From assembly GCA_965203055.1 (NCBI GenBank), contig OZ241863.1, positions 2,784,001 through 2,848,000 on the forward strand: a stretch of 64,000 bases of DNA, given 5' to 3'. The notes beneath the pieces are model-generated. The model saw only the letters and a list, made by a program, of their open reading frames with translations, did not search any database and was not told the origin of the DNA. This document shows, one piece after another, positions 9,627 through 18,594 of this stretch; position 1 is the stretch's first letter; every line of letters starts with the position of its first letter. The DNA comes from Spirochaetia bacterium (lineage in GTDB: Bacteria > Spirochaetota > Spirochaetia > SZUA-6 > Bin103). The position numbers and the translations under genes are program-made.

Positions 9627-11717
9627 TATGGTCGGTCTGGCTCTAGCCTATCGATAGCGGCTGCGTTTATCGCGCTCGGCGCGGCGCTGGCGTCCGCGGA
9701 CGAGACCGCGGTCCTGCGTCACGGCGCGTCGGTCAGCGAGCGCAACGCGCTGATCGTCTACGTGCGGGTAACGCTGGCGCGCGCGGCGCGGGTGTACGTG
9801 GAGTACGACCACCCGCAGGCCGGGCGCTACCGCACGCCGCTGAGCGAGCCGGGCGCGGCGCATGCCATCCCCCTCGTCAGGCTGCGCCCGGAGACGACCT
9901 ACGACTACACCATCTTCGTGGTGAACGGCTCCGTGGCCGACGGCGCAACGCTGGAAGGCGCGGATGCGGATGCGGCCGCCGGGCCGGGCGGCCGGTTCAC
10001 CACCGGATCGCTGCCGGCGCCCCTCGCCGTCATACCGATGAAGGCGCGCGGCAGGAGCTCGCAGCCGCTCATCTTGTCCGATTACCCGCGCGGGTACTAC
10101 GTCTTCTGGGACGAAGTGGGCGGAATAGTCTGGTACCAGGAAGGGTCCGGCGGCCCCATCACGCAGCTGCCGGCCGGCAACCTGATCTTCTTAGATCGGG
10201 GTCTGGTCGAGATCACCCCCCTTGGAGCAGTGGTCAACCGGTTTGAGCGGCACGGCGCCGCGGGGAATCCCCACCATGAGGTCACCCTGCTCGCCGATGG
10301 CCGCGTGATCTACCCGAGCCGGGAGTTCGTCGTCATCGACGACTCGGCGAACGGCGGGCCGGCGGAGGTCACGTTCAAGACCGACCATCTGCGCGTCTGG
10401 GACCGGGAGAGCGGACGCATCGAGCAGGTCTGGGACTCGAAGGACGCCTGGGACCTGATGGACCCGGCACTGCGCGTGAGGAGACCCGGACCCGGGGAAA
10501 TCTTTGATTGGACGCACCTCAACTCGGTGAGCATCGGTCCGCACGGCAACGTCGTCCTGTCGTTCCGCTGGCGCGATCAGGTGGTCTCACTCAGCGCCGA
10601 CTTGCGGGCGATCGAATGGCAACTGAACGGGCCGGACAGCGATTACCGGTTCCCCAACCCGAACGACCGGTTCTACGGGCAGCACACCGCGGCGCAGCTC
10701 GGCAACGGCAACGTTCTGCTGTTCGACAACGGCTGGGGGCGGCCCGCGGCGGAGGGCGGCGCCTACTCGCGCGCGCTGGAGCTGCGGCTGGACAAGGCGG
10801 CCGGCACCGCGGTGAAAGTGTGGGAATATCGGCCGACGCCGGACATCTACACGAGGGGCAAGGGCAGCGCGTACCGGCTGCGCAGCGGCAATACCCTGAT
10901 CAGCTTCCATGACACGATCGTGGAGGTGGACGCTGCCGGCAACGAAGTGTTCCGGGTCGATAACCTGCCATTGCATGCGGATTGGCCCTTGCCGGCGCGC
11001 TATCGAGCCTACGCCGGCAGCGGGGCGATCATGGGCGAAACCATGCTGCGGCCGCCGGCGGCGGCGCCCGCGCACGCGCGCGCCGCGACGTTCGATAAGG
11101 ACTACTACCTGGCCAAGGAGCGGGCGCGGTTCGAGGAGCTGGCGGCGGCCCTGGACGGCCGGCAGCGCGCCGCCGGCGGGGCGTTCGACATGTATCTGGC
11201 AGGGGACCGGCTGGTATACGCGAAGGCGCCTTGCGCTCCGCAGGATGTCCGGGCGCGCTTCTTTCTGCACGTCTTTCCGGCCGCCGAAGACGATCTGGCC
11301 GCAGACAGCCGCGAGCAGGGTTTCGACAACCTCGACTTCGATTTCTGGACGCGCGGCGTGTTCTGGGACGGCGCCTGCCTGGTGGCCGCGACCCTCCCGG
11401 ACTATGAGATCGCCCGCGTCCGTACCGGTCAGTTCATCCGCAGCGTGCGGCAGCTCTGGAGCGTGGAGTCCGCGGTCGGACCGACCGCGCGGCGCTATCG
11501 GGAAGCGCGCGCCGCGATCGTCTCCGGCGCCTGGAGAGCGCCGGTCGCGCGCGCGGCCTTCGACCTCTACCTCGACGGCCGGGTGCTGGCGTACCACAAG
11601 GAGCCGTGCGCGGCGGAGGACCTGCGAGAGCGGTTCTTCCTGCATGTGGTGCCGGCGGCCGTGGAGGACCTTGCCGCGCACTGTCCAGCGACAATCAAGA
11701 TGAGAATGCGCGGGTAG
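9621..11717 (+). CDS. Secreted aryl-sulfate sulfotransferase (ASST-like), copy 1; 5' end out of frame at the SSR, C-terminus truncated
   Basis: PHHE, WTHLNSV, FYGQHTA and LLFDNG motifs with an N-terminal Ig/FN3-like part. Signal peptide (SIAAAFIALGAALASA) is in frame from 9621 but has no in-frame start. The second shared domain breaks off at ~11680. Confidence 0.75.
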   Translation, partial: PPYGRSGSSLSIAAAFIALGAALASADETAVLRHGASVSERNALIVYVRVTLARAARVYVEYDHPQAGRYRTPLSEPGAAHAIPLVRLRPETTYDYTIFVVNGSVADGATLEGADADAAAGPGGRFTTGSLPAPLAVIPMKARGRSSQPLILSDYPRGYYVFWDEVGGIVWYQEGSGGPITQLPAGNLIFLDRGLVEITPLGAVVNRFERHGAAGNPHHEVTLLADGRVIYPSREFVVIDDSANGGPAEVTFKTDHLRVWDRESGRIEQVWDSKDAWDLMDPALRVRRPGPGEIFDWTHLNSVSIGPHGNVVLSFRWRDQVVSLSADLRAIEWQLNGPDSDYRFPNPNDRFYGQHTAAQLGNGNVLLFDNGWGRPAAEGGAYSRALELRLDKAAGTAVKVWEYRPTPDIYTRGKGSAYRLRSGNTLISFHDTIVEVDAAGNEVFRVDNLPLHADWPLPARYRAYAGSGAIMGETMLRPPAAAPAHARAATFDKDYYLAKERARFEELAAALDGRQRAAGGAFDMYLAGDRLVYAKAPCAPQDVRARFFLHVFPAAEDDLAADSREQGFDNLDFDFWTRGVFWDGACLVAATLPDYEIARVRTGQFIRSVRQLWSVESAVGPTARRYREARAAIVSGAWRAPVARAAFDLYLDGRVLAYHKEPCAAEDLRERFFLHVVPAAVEDLAAHCPATIKMRMRG

Positions 11718-11842
11718 GGCGGCTGCCTCCGACAGAGGAGGATGGAGGGGCCGCCGGCGGCGGCTAGCCCGTGGCGATGATTCGGCGGCCGTCTACCGCC
11801 GTGCGTTGAAGCGCCGCAGACGGCCGGCCCGTAGTAGGGGAC

Positions 11843-12835
11843 ATGGCCATCCATCAGCCCCACGACCATCTGTTCAAGCGCGTGTTCGGCGTCCCGGCGG
11901 ACGCCGCCTCATTCCTGCAAGCCCGGCTGCCCGCGCGGCTCAGCCGCGCCCTGCACTGGCCCACGCTCAAGCGGCGCGCCGCCTCCTTCGTTGCCCCGGA
12001 CCTCCGCGGCACCGCTTCCGACCTGCTGTTCGAGATCGGTTACGCCGCACCCGGCGCCGCGCACGCCCCGCTCTGGCTCTACCTGCTGTTCGAGCACCAG
12101 TCCACCCCGGACTACTGGCTGCGCCTGCGCCTGCTGGCCTACTGCTGCCGCATCTGGGAGCACGACCGCCAAGTCCACAAGGATGCCGACTACCTGCGCC
12201 CGATCCTGCCGCTGGTGTTCTACCAGGGTCCCACCGGCTGGCAGCACTCCCCGCAGTTCGCCGACCTGTTCCCGGCCGCAACGCGGGACTGGCCGTGGCT
12301 GCCCCGGTTCGAGCACGTGCTGTTCGATCAGACTCAGATGTCGCCGGCGCAGGCGGCCGGCAGCGTCCGGGCGCGGTTGCTGCAACTGACGATGATGCAC
12401 GCCTTCAACCGCGCGGTGCGGGAGGCGCGGCAGCGGATGCGGCCGCTGCTGGACGACTTGGGGCGGGAAGGGAGCGGCGGTCAGGACGACATGGAGATGT
12501 TTATGGGGTATATCATGGAGACGGGACCTGAGGACACGCCCGAGGCGATGGGCGAGCTACTGAGCCGCACGGCGGCGGGAGGCGAGTTGATGACGAGCGG
12601 CGAGCGGCTGCGCCAGGAAGGGCGCGACGAGATGCGCGCGATTGCCGAACAGCGGCACCGCGAAGGCCGGCTCGAGGGCCAGCGCGAGGGCCGGTTGAAG
12701 ACGATCGACGGTCTCCTGCGGACCGGCGTCGACTGGTCGTTGATCGAGCGGGCGACCGGGATCGGCGAGCAGGAGTACCGCCAGCTCAGGAGCCAACCCG
12801 ACGGCGCGGCGGCGGCAGGCGGCGACCGGACCTGA
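11843..12835 (+). CDS. Rpn family recombination-promoting nuclease / putative transposase (YhgA-like PD-(D/E)XK)
   Basis: HQPHDHLFKRVF, SFVAPDLR..SDLLF, YLLFEHQS, PILPLVFYQG and a C-terminal EGRLEG repeat. Confidence 0.9.
   Translation: MAIHQPHDHLFKRVFGVPADAASFLQARLPARLSRALHWPTLKRRAASFVAPDLRGTASDLLFEIGYAAPGAAHAPLWLYLLFEHQSTPDYWLRLRLLAYCCRIWEHDRQVHKDADYLRPILPLVFYQGPTGWQHSPQFADLFPAATRDWPWLPRFEHVLFDQTQMSPAQAAGSVRARLLQLTMMHAFNRAVREARQRMRPLLDDLGREGSGGQDDMEMFMGYIMETGPEDTPEAMGELLSRTAAGGELMTSGERLRQEGRDEMRAIAEQRHREGRLEGQREGRLKTIDGLLRTGVDWSLIERATGIGEQEYRQLRSQPDGAAAAGGDRT
12590..12835 (+). CDS. Putative in-frame internal small protein (RpnS-like antitoxin)
   Basis: GGAGG at 12578-12582, in-frame ATG at 12590, sequence MTSGERLRQEG. 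Confidence 0.6.
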   Translation: MTSGERLRQEGRDEMRAIAEQRHREGRLEGQREGRLKTIDGLLRTGVDWSLIERATGIGEQEYRQLRSQPDGAAAAGGDRT

Positions 12836-13021
12836 CGACACCTTCGAGGAGCTCGGTCGCGCGGCACGGGTGTACAAGGAACCTTGCGCTCCGCAGGATG
12901 TCCGGGCGAGATTCTTCCTGGAGCGCGGAGATTGCGGCGCCCCGCCGCAGCGCGGGAGAGCCGTAAAGGCCGGCGATGAGCGGATGATAGCCGAGCGTCG
13001 TTCGGCTATCATGGCCGGACC

Positions 13022-14599
13022 GTGACCGCGCCGCACCGAGACGCGCCCGTGACGCGCAGGAAGCTGCCGATCGGCATCCAGACCTTCCGCGAGATCCGCG
13101 AGGACGACTGCTATTACGTCGACAAGACCGCCTTCATCCTCCGCTTGACGCGGGAGGGCAAGCACTACTTCCTGTCGCGCCCGCGGCGCTTCGGCAAGAG
13201 CCTGCTGCTGGACACCATCAAGGAACTGTTCGAGGGCAGCGAGGAACTGTTCCGCGGCCTGCACGTGCACGACCATTGGGAGTGGTCCAAGCGCCGCCCG
13301 GTGGTGCGCCTCGACTTCGGCGCCAGCGATTACCGCGAGCCGGCCCTGCTGGAAGCCAGCGTCATGGAGCAGCTCGCCGCCATCGAGCGGCGCGCGGGTA
13401 TCGCCGCCGAGTACCGCACCGCGCCAGGCCGGCTGGCCTACCTGCTGGAAGCGCTGCACGCCCAATCCGGGCAGCGGGCGGCGATGCTGGTCGACGAGTA
13501 CGACAAGCCGATCCTGGACGTGCTGGAACACAAGGAGGCGGCGCGCGCCAACCGCCGCTACCTGCGCGGGCTGTACGCGACCATCAAGACCTGCGACGCG
13601 CACGTCGAGTTCACGCTGCTGACCGGGGTGAGCAAGTTCTCCATGGCCAGCGCGTTATCCGGCGGCCTCAACAATCTGATCGACATCACCCTGGAACCGG
13701 TGTTCTCGGCGATCTGCGGCTACACCGAGGCCGACCTGGACACGGTGTTCGCGCCGGAGTTGCCGGGCCTGGACCGGGACGAGATCCGTGACTGGTACAA
13801 CGGCTATAGCTGGCTGGGCGAGGAGCGGGTCTACAACCCGTTCGACATTCTGCTGCTGTTCGACGAGCGGACGTTCGCGGCGCACTGGTTCGAGACCGGC
13901 ACGCCGGCGTTTCTTATCGACACGCTGATCGAACGCGGCGTCACCGCGCCGGAGCTGGACGGGATGCTGGCCGGCGGCGAGCTGCTGTCCGCGTTCGACG
14001 TGGACGAGATGGAGCCGGAGGCGCTGCTGTTCCAGACCGGCTACCTGACCATCCACAGCGCCGAGCACTCGGCGCGCGGACCGCGCTACCGGCTCGGCTA
14101 TCCCAACCGCGAAGTGCGGCTCGCTCTGAACGAACGCCTGCTGCGGGCGCTGGCGCCCGCCGCGGCCCGCCGGCTGACACAGGACACGGCATTGGAGCGG
14201 CTGCTGGCGGCGAACGACTTCGCCGGGTTGGAGCGGCTGTTCCGCGCGTTCTTCGCCGGCATCCCCTACGAGTGGCACACGCGCAACGACATCGCGCGCT
14301 ACGAGGGCTACTACGCAAGCGTCTGCTACTCCTGGTTCGCGGCGGTGGGACTGGACGTCACGGTGGAGGATTCGAGCAGCCGCGGGCGAGTCGACTTGGC
14401 GGTGCGGTACCGGGGCAACGTCTATCTGTTCGAGTTCAAGGTGGTCGAGTTGGAGCGCGAGGGCGCGGCGCTGGCGCAGTTGCAGGCGCGCGGCTACGCG
14501 GAGAAGTACCGCGCCCTGGGCGAACCGATCCACCTGCTCGGAGTGGAGTTCAGCCGCGCGACGCGCACCATCGCCGCCTTCGAGGTGGCCCGCGCCTGA
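13022..14599 (+). CDS. AAA-ATPase-like plus PD-(D/E)XK nuclease (PDDEXK_9) protein, copy 1
   Basis: KLPIGIQTF, YYVDKT, SRPRRFGKS, LVDEYDKP and GRVDL...FEFK. Confidence 0.9.
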   Translation: MTAPHRDAPVTRRKLPIGIQTFREIREDDCYYVDKTAFILRLTREGKHYFLSRPRRFGKSLLLDTIKELFEGSEELFRGLHVHDHWEWSKRRPVVRLDFGASDYREPALLEASVMEQLAAIERRAGIAAEYRTAPGRLAYLLEALHAQSGQRAAMLVDEYDKPILDVLEHKEAARANRRYLRGLYATIKTCDAHVEFTLLTGVSKFSMASALSGGLNNLIDITLEPVFSAICGYTEADLDTVFAPELPGLDRDEIRDWYNGYSWLGEERVYNPFDILLLFDERTFAAHWFETGTPAFLIDTLIERGVTAPELDGMLAGGELLSAFDVDEMEPEALLFQTGYLTIHSAEHSARGPRYRLGYPNREVRLALNERLLRALAPAAARRLTQDTALERLLAANDFAGLERLFRAFFAGIPYEWHTRNDIARYEGYYASVCYSWFAAVGLDVTVEDSSSRGRVDLAVRYRGNVYLFEFKVVELEREGAALAQLQARGYAEKYRALGEPIHLLGVEFSRATRTIAAFEVARA

Positions 14600-14771
14600 C
14601 GCCCCGCCCCAGCGTCGGCGTGCCGTTTCGACGGCGCCTGCGCGGCGGTCAGGAAACCATGAGGCTGGCGTGGCGGTTGTCCGGCGCGCAACCGCGCGCG
14701 TAGAATCCGGCAACGATGAAATCGATCTCGACGGCGCTCGGCGCGACGCGCGTGACGGACGCGGACGTTGG

Positions 14772-16718
14772 TTGACACGCCAAGCAGTTCCGTGTACAAA
14801 CCGCCGAACCGCCGAACCGCCGCCGTATGGTCGGTCTGGCTCTAGCCTATCGCTAGCGGCTGCGTTGATCGTGTTCGGCGCGGCGCTGGCGTACGCGGAC
14901 GTGCCCGCCGTCCTGCGCCACGACGCGTCGGTCAGCGAGCGCAACGCGCTGATCGTCTACGTGCGGGTAACCCTGGCGCGCGCGGCGCGGGTGTACGTGG
15001 AGTACGACCACCCGCAGGCCGGCCGCTACCGCACGCCGCTGAGCGAGCCGGGCGCGGCGCACGCCATCCCGCTCGTCCGGCTGCGCCCGGAAACGACCTA
15101 CGACTACACCATCTTCGTAGTGGATGGCGCCGCGGTGGACGGCGCGGATGCGACCGCCGGGCCGCGCGGCCGGTTCACCACCGGACCGCTGCCGTTGCGT
15201 CTCGCCGCCATTCCGATGAAGGTGCGCGGCAGAAGCTCGCAACCGCTCATCCTGTCCGATTACCGGCGCGGGTACTACGTCTTCTGGGACGAGGTGGGCG
15301 CAGTCGTCTGGTACTACGATGCGCCCGGCGCCTGGTCGTTTCAGCCCGGCCCCATCACTCAGTTGCCCTCCGGCACCTTCCTCTTCATGAACCGCGGCAG
15401 GGGTTTGATCGAGATCACCCCATTGGGAGAGGTGGTCAACCGGTTGGAGCCGGACGGCGCAACGGGGAATCCCCACCATGAGGTGACCCTGCTCGACGAT
15501 CGGCGCGTGATCTACCCGAGCCGGGAGATCGTCGTCTTCGACGACTCGGCGAACGGCGGTCCGGCGGAGGTTGAGATCAGGGCCGACAACCTGCGCGTCT
15601 GGGACCGCGCGAGCGGACAGGTCGAGCAGGTCTGGGACTCCAAGGCAGCATGGGACCTGCCGGACCCGGCCCAGCGCGTGACAGGCCCCCGAGGCCCCTT
15701 CGGCGGGACACACCTCAACTCGGTGAGCAGCGGTCCGCGCGGCAACGTCGTCCTGTCGTTCCGCCTGCGCAATCAGGTGGTCTCGCTCAGCGCCGACTTG
15801 CGGACGATCGAATGGCAACTGAACGGGCCGGACAGCGATTACGAGTTCCCGAACCCGAACGACCGGTTCTACGGGCAGCACACGGCGGCGCAGCTCGACA
15901 ACGGCAACGTTCTGCTGTTCGACAACGGCTGGGGCCGGCCCGCGGCGGAGGGCGGCCGCTACTCGCGCGTGCTGGAGCTGCGGCTGGACGAGGCGGCCGG
16001 CACCGCGGTGAAGGTGTGGGAATATCGGCCGACGCCGGACGTCTACACGATGGGCAGAGGCAGCGCGTACCGGCTGCGCAACGACAATACCTTGATCAAC
16101 TTCAACAACAACGGTATTCATTTCGTCGTTGAGGTGGACGCCGCCGGCAACGAAGTGTTCCGGAGCGATGACCTGCCATTGCATGCGGATTGGCGCTTGC
16201 CGGCGCGCTATCGAGCTTACGGCGGCATCGGGGCGATCATGGGCGAAACCATGCTGCGGCCGCCGGCGGCGGCGCCCGCATACGCGCGCGCCGCGACGTT
16301 CGAGAAGGATTACTACCTGGCCAAGGAGCGGGCGCGGTTCGAGGAGCTGGCGGCGGCCCTGGACGGGCGGCAGCGCGCCGCCGGCGGGGCGTTCGACGTG
16401 TATCCGGCAGGCGACCGGCTGCTATACGCGAAGCAGCCCTGCGCTCCGCAGGATGTCCGGCGGACGCGCTTCTTTCTGCACGTCTTTCCGGCCGCCGAAG
16501 ACGATCTGGCCTCCGGGAGCAGGGAGCAGGGATTCGACAACCTCGACTTCGATTTCTGGACGCGCGGCGTGTTCTGGGACGGCGCCTGCCTGGTGGCCGC
16601 GACGCTCCCGGAGTATGAGATCGCCGGCCTTCGGACCGGCCAGTTCGGCGGGGATTGGAGCGTGGAGTTCCCGGTCGGACCGACCGCGCAGCGCTATCGG
16701 CAAAGCGCGCGCCCATGA
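14772..16718 (+). CDS. Secreted aryl-sulfate sulfotransferase (ASST-like), copy 2
   Basis: Close paralog of copy 1. Signal peptide SLAAALIVFGAALAYA. Frame is open through (CCGCCGAA)x2 at 14801-14816. Start uncertain; TTG at 14772 used. One shared domain. Confidence 0.8.
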   Translation: MTRQAVPCTNRRTAEPPPYGRSGSSLSLAAALIVFGAALAYADVPAVLRHDASVSERNALIVYVRVTLARAARVYVEYDHPQAGRYRTPLSEPGAAHAIPLVRLRPETTYDYTIFVVDGAAVDGADATAGPRGRFTTGPLPLRLAAIPMKVRGRSSQPLILSDYRRGYYVFWDEVGAVVWYYDAPGAWSFQPGPITQLPSGTFLFMNRGRGLIEITPLGEVVNRLEPDGATGNPHHEVTLLDDRRVIYPSREIVVFDDSANGGPAEVEIRADNLRVWDRASGQVEQVWDSKAAWDLPDPAQRVTGPRGPFGGTHLNSVSSGPRGNVVLSFRLRNQVVSLSADLRTIEWQLNGPDSDYEFPNPNDRFYGQHTAAQLDNGNVLLFDNGWGRPAAEGGRYSRVLELRLDEAAGTAVKVWEYRPTPDVYTMGRGSAYRLRNDNTLINFNNNGIHFVVEVDAAGNEVFRSDDLPLHADWRLPARYRAYGGIGAIMGETMLRPPAAAPAYARAATFEKDYYLAKERARFEELAAALDGRQRAAGGAFDVYPAGDRLLYAKQPCAPQDVRRTRFFLHVFPAAEDDLASGSREQGFDNLDFDFWTRGVFWDGACLVAATLPEYEIAGLRTGQFGGDWSVEFPVGPTAQRYRQSARP

Positions 16719-18258
16719 CGCGCAGGAAGCTGCCGATCGGCATCCAGACCTTCCGCAAGCTCCGCGAGGACGACTGCTACTACGTCGACAAGACCGCCTT
16801 CATCCTCCGCTTGACGCGCGCCGGCACCCACTACTTCCTGTCGCGCCCGCGCCGCTTCGGCAAGAGCCTGCTGCTCGACACCATCAAGGAACTGTTCGAG
16901 GGCAGCGAGGAACTGTTCCGCGGCCTGTACGTGCACGACCACTGGGAGTGGTCCAAGCGCCGCCCGGTGGTGCGGCTCGACTTCGGCGCCGGCGACTACC
17001 GCGACCCGGCCCTGCTGGAAGCCAGCGTCATGGAGCAGCTCGCCGCCATCGAGCGGCGCGCCGGTATCACCCCCGAGTACCGCACGGCCCCGGGTCGGCT
17101 GGCCTACCTGCTGGAAGTGCTGCACGACCGATCCGGGCAACGGGTGGCGTTCCTGGTCGACGAGTACGACAAGCCGATCCTGGACGTGCTGGAGCACAAG
17201 GAGACGGCGCGCGCCAACCGCGGCTACCTGCGCGGGCTGTACGCGACCATCAAGACCTGCGACGCGCACGTCGAGTTTACGCTGCTGACCGGGGTGAGCA
17301 AGTTCTCCATGGCTAGCGTGTTATCCGGCGGCCTCAACAATCTGATCGACATCACGCTGGATCGGCGCTACTCGGCGATCTGCGGCTATACCGAAGCGGA
17401 TCTCGACACGGTGTTCGCGCCGGAGTTGGCCGGGCTGGACCGCAACCGGATCCGCGATTGGTACAACGGCTATAACTGGCTGGGCGAGGAGCGGGTCTAC
17501 AACCCGTTCGACATTCTGCTGCTGTTCGACGAGCGGACGTTCGCGGCGCACTGGTTCGAGACCGGCACGCCGGCGTTTCTTATCGACACGCTGATCGAAC
17601 GCGGGGTCGCGGCCCCGGCGCTGGACGGGATGCTGGCCGGAGCGGACCTGCTGTCCGCGTTCGACGTGGACGAGATGGAGCCGGCCGCGCTGCTGTTCCA
17701 GACCGGCTACCTGACCATCCGGGACGTCGAAGATGACGACGACGAGCCGCTCTACCGGCTCGGCTATCCCAACCGCGAGGTGCGGCAGAGCCTGAACCGC
17801 CACCTGCTGCGCGCGCTCGGCGCGGCGGATCAGGCCGCAGACCGGGCCGCCTGCGCCGGCTGCTGGCGACGCGCGACTTCGCGGGGTTGGAGGCGCTGTT
17901 CCGGGCGTTCTTCGCCGGCATCCCGTACGAGTGGCACACGCGCAACGACATCGCACGCTACGAGGGCTACTACGCGACCGTGTTCTACGCCTGGTTCGCG
18001 GCGGCGGGACTGGAGCCGGCAGCCGAAGAGTCGAGCAGCCGCGGGCGGGTCGACTTGGCGGTCCGGTACCGGGGCGCCGTCTATCTGTTCGAATTCAAGG
18101 TGGTGGAGCTGGAGCCCGAAGGCGCGGCGCTGGCGCAGTTGCGGGCGCGCGGCTACGCCGACAAGTACCGAGCTTCCGGGGAGCCGATCCACCTGATCGG
18201 GGTGGAGTTCAGCCGCGAGGCGCGCACCATCGCCGCCTTCGAGGTGGCCCGCGCCTGA
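16715..18258 (+). pseudogene. AAA-ATPase/PD-(D/E)XK copy 2, 1-nt frameshift near 17844
   Basis: Two overlapping ORFs. GACCGGGCCG here versus GACCGCGGCCG in copy 4. ATGA overlap with the ASST2 stop. May be a sequencing error. Confidence 0.8.
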
Positions 18259-18594
18259 CGCCCCGCCCGAGCACCGTGGTTCGACTTCGAGCCGCCGGCG
18301 CCGGCAGCCGCGAGTCTGCCACGGAGATACCGGATAAGCTGTTTTGTAGGACCTTTGCGTTGACGAGCCGCCTGCGACCCGGGAACGCTGTGGGAAGGCA
18401 CGTGTCTGGCGCCGTGACGCTGCCGGAACAGGAGATCGCCCGTCTCCGCACGGCCAGTTCATCGCGGAGATTGCGGTGCCGGCCCGCACGGAGCCGAACG
18501 GGCGGTCAGCCTCCACCGGGTGACGTGCCGGTGTTCAGGGGAGGTTTACGTGAAGCAATGCCGGCAGCAAAATACAGCAAAGCGATGAAAAGCG

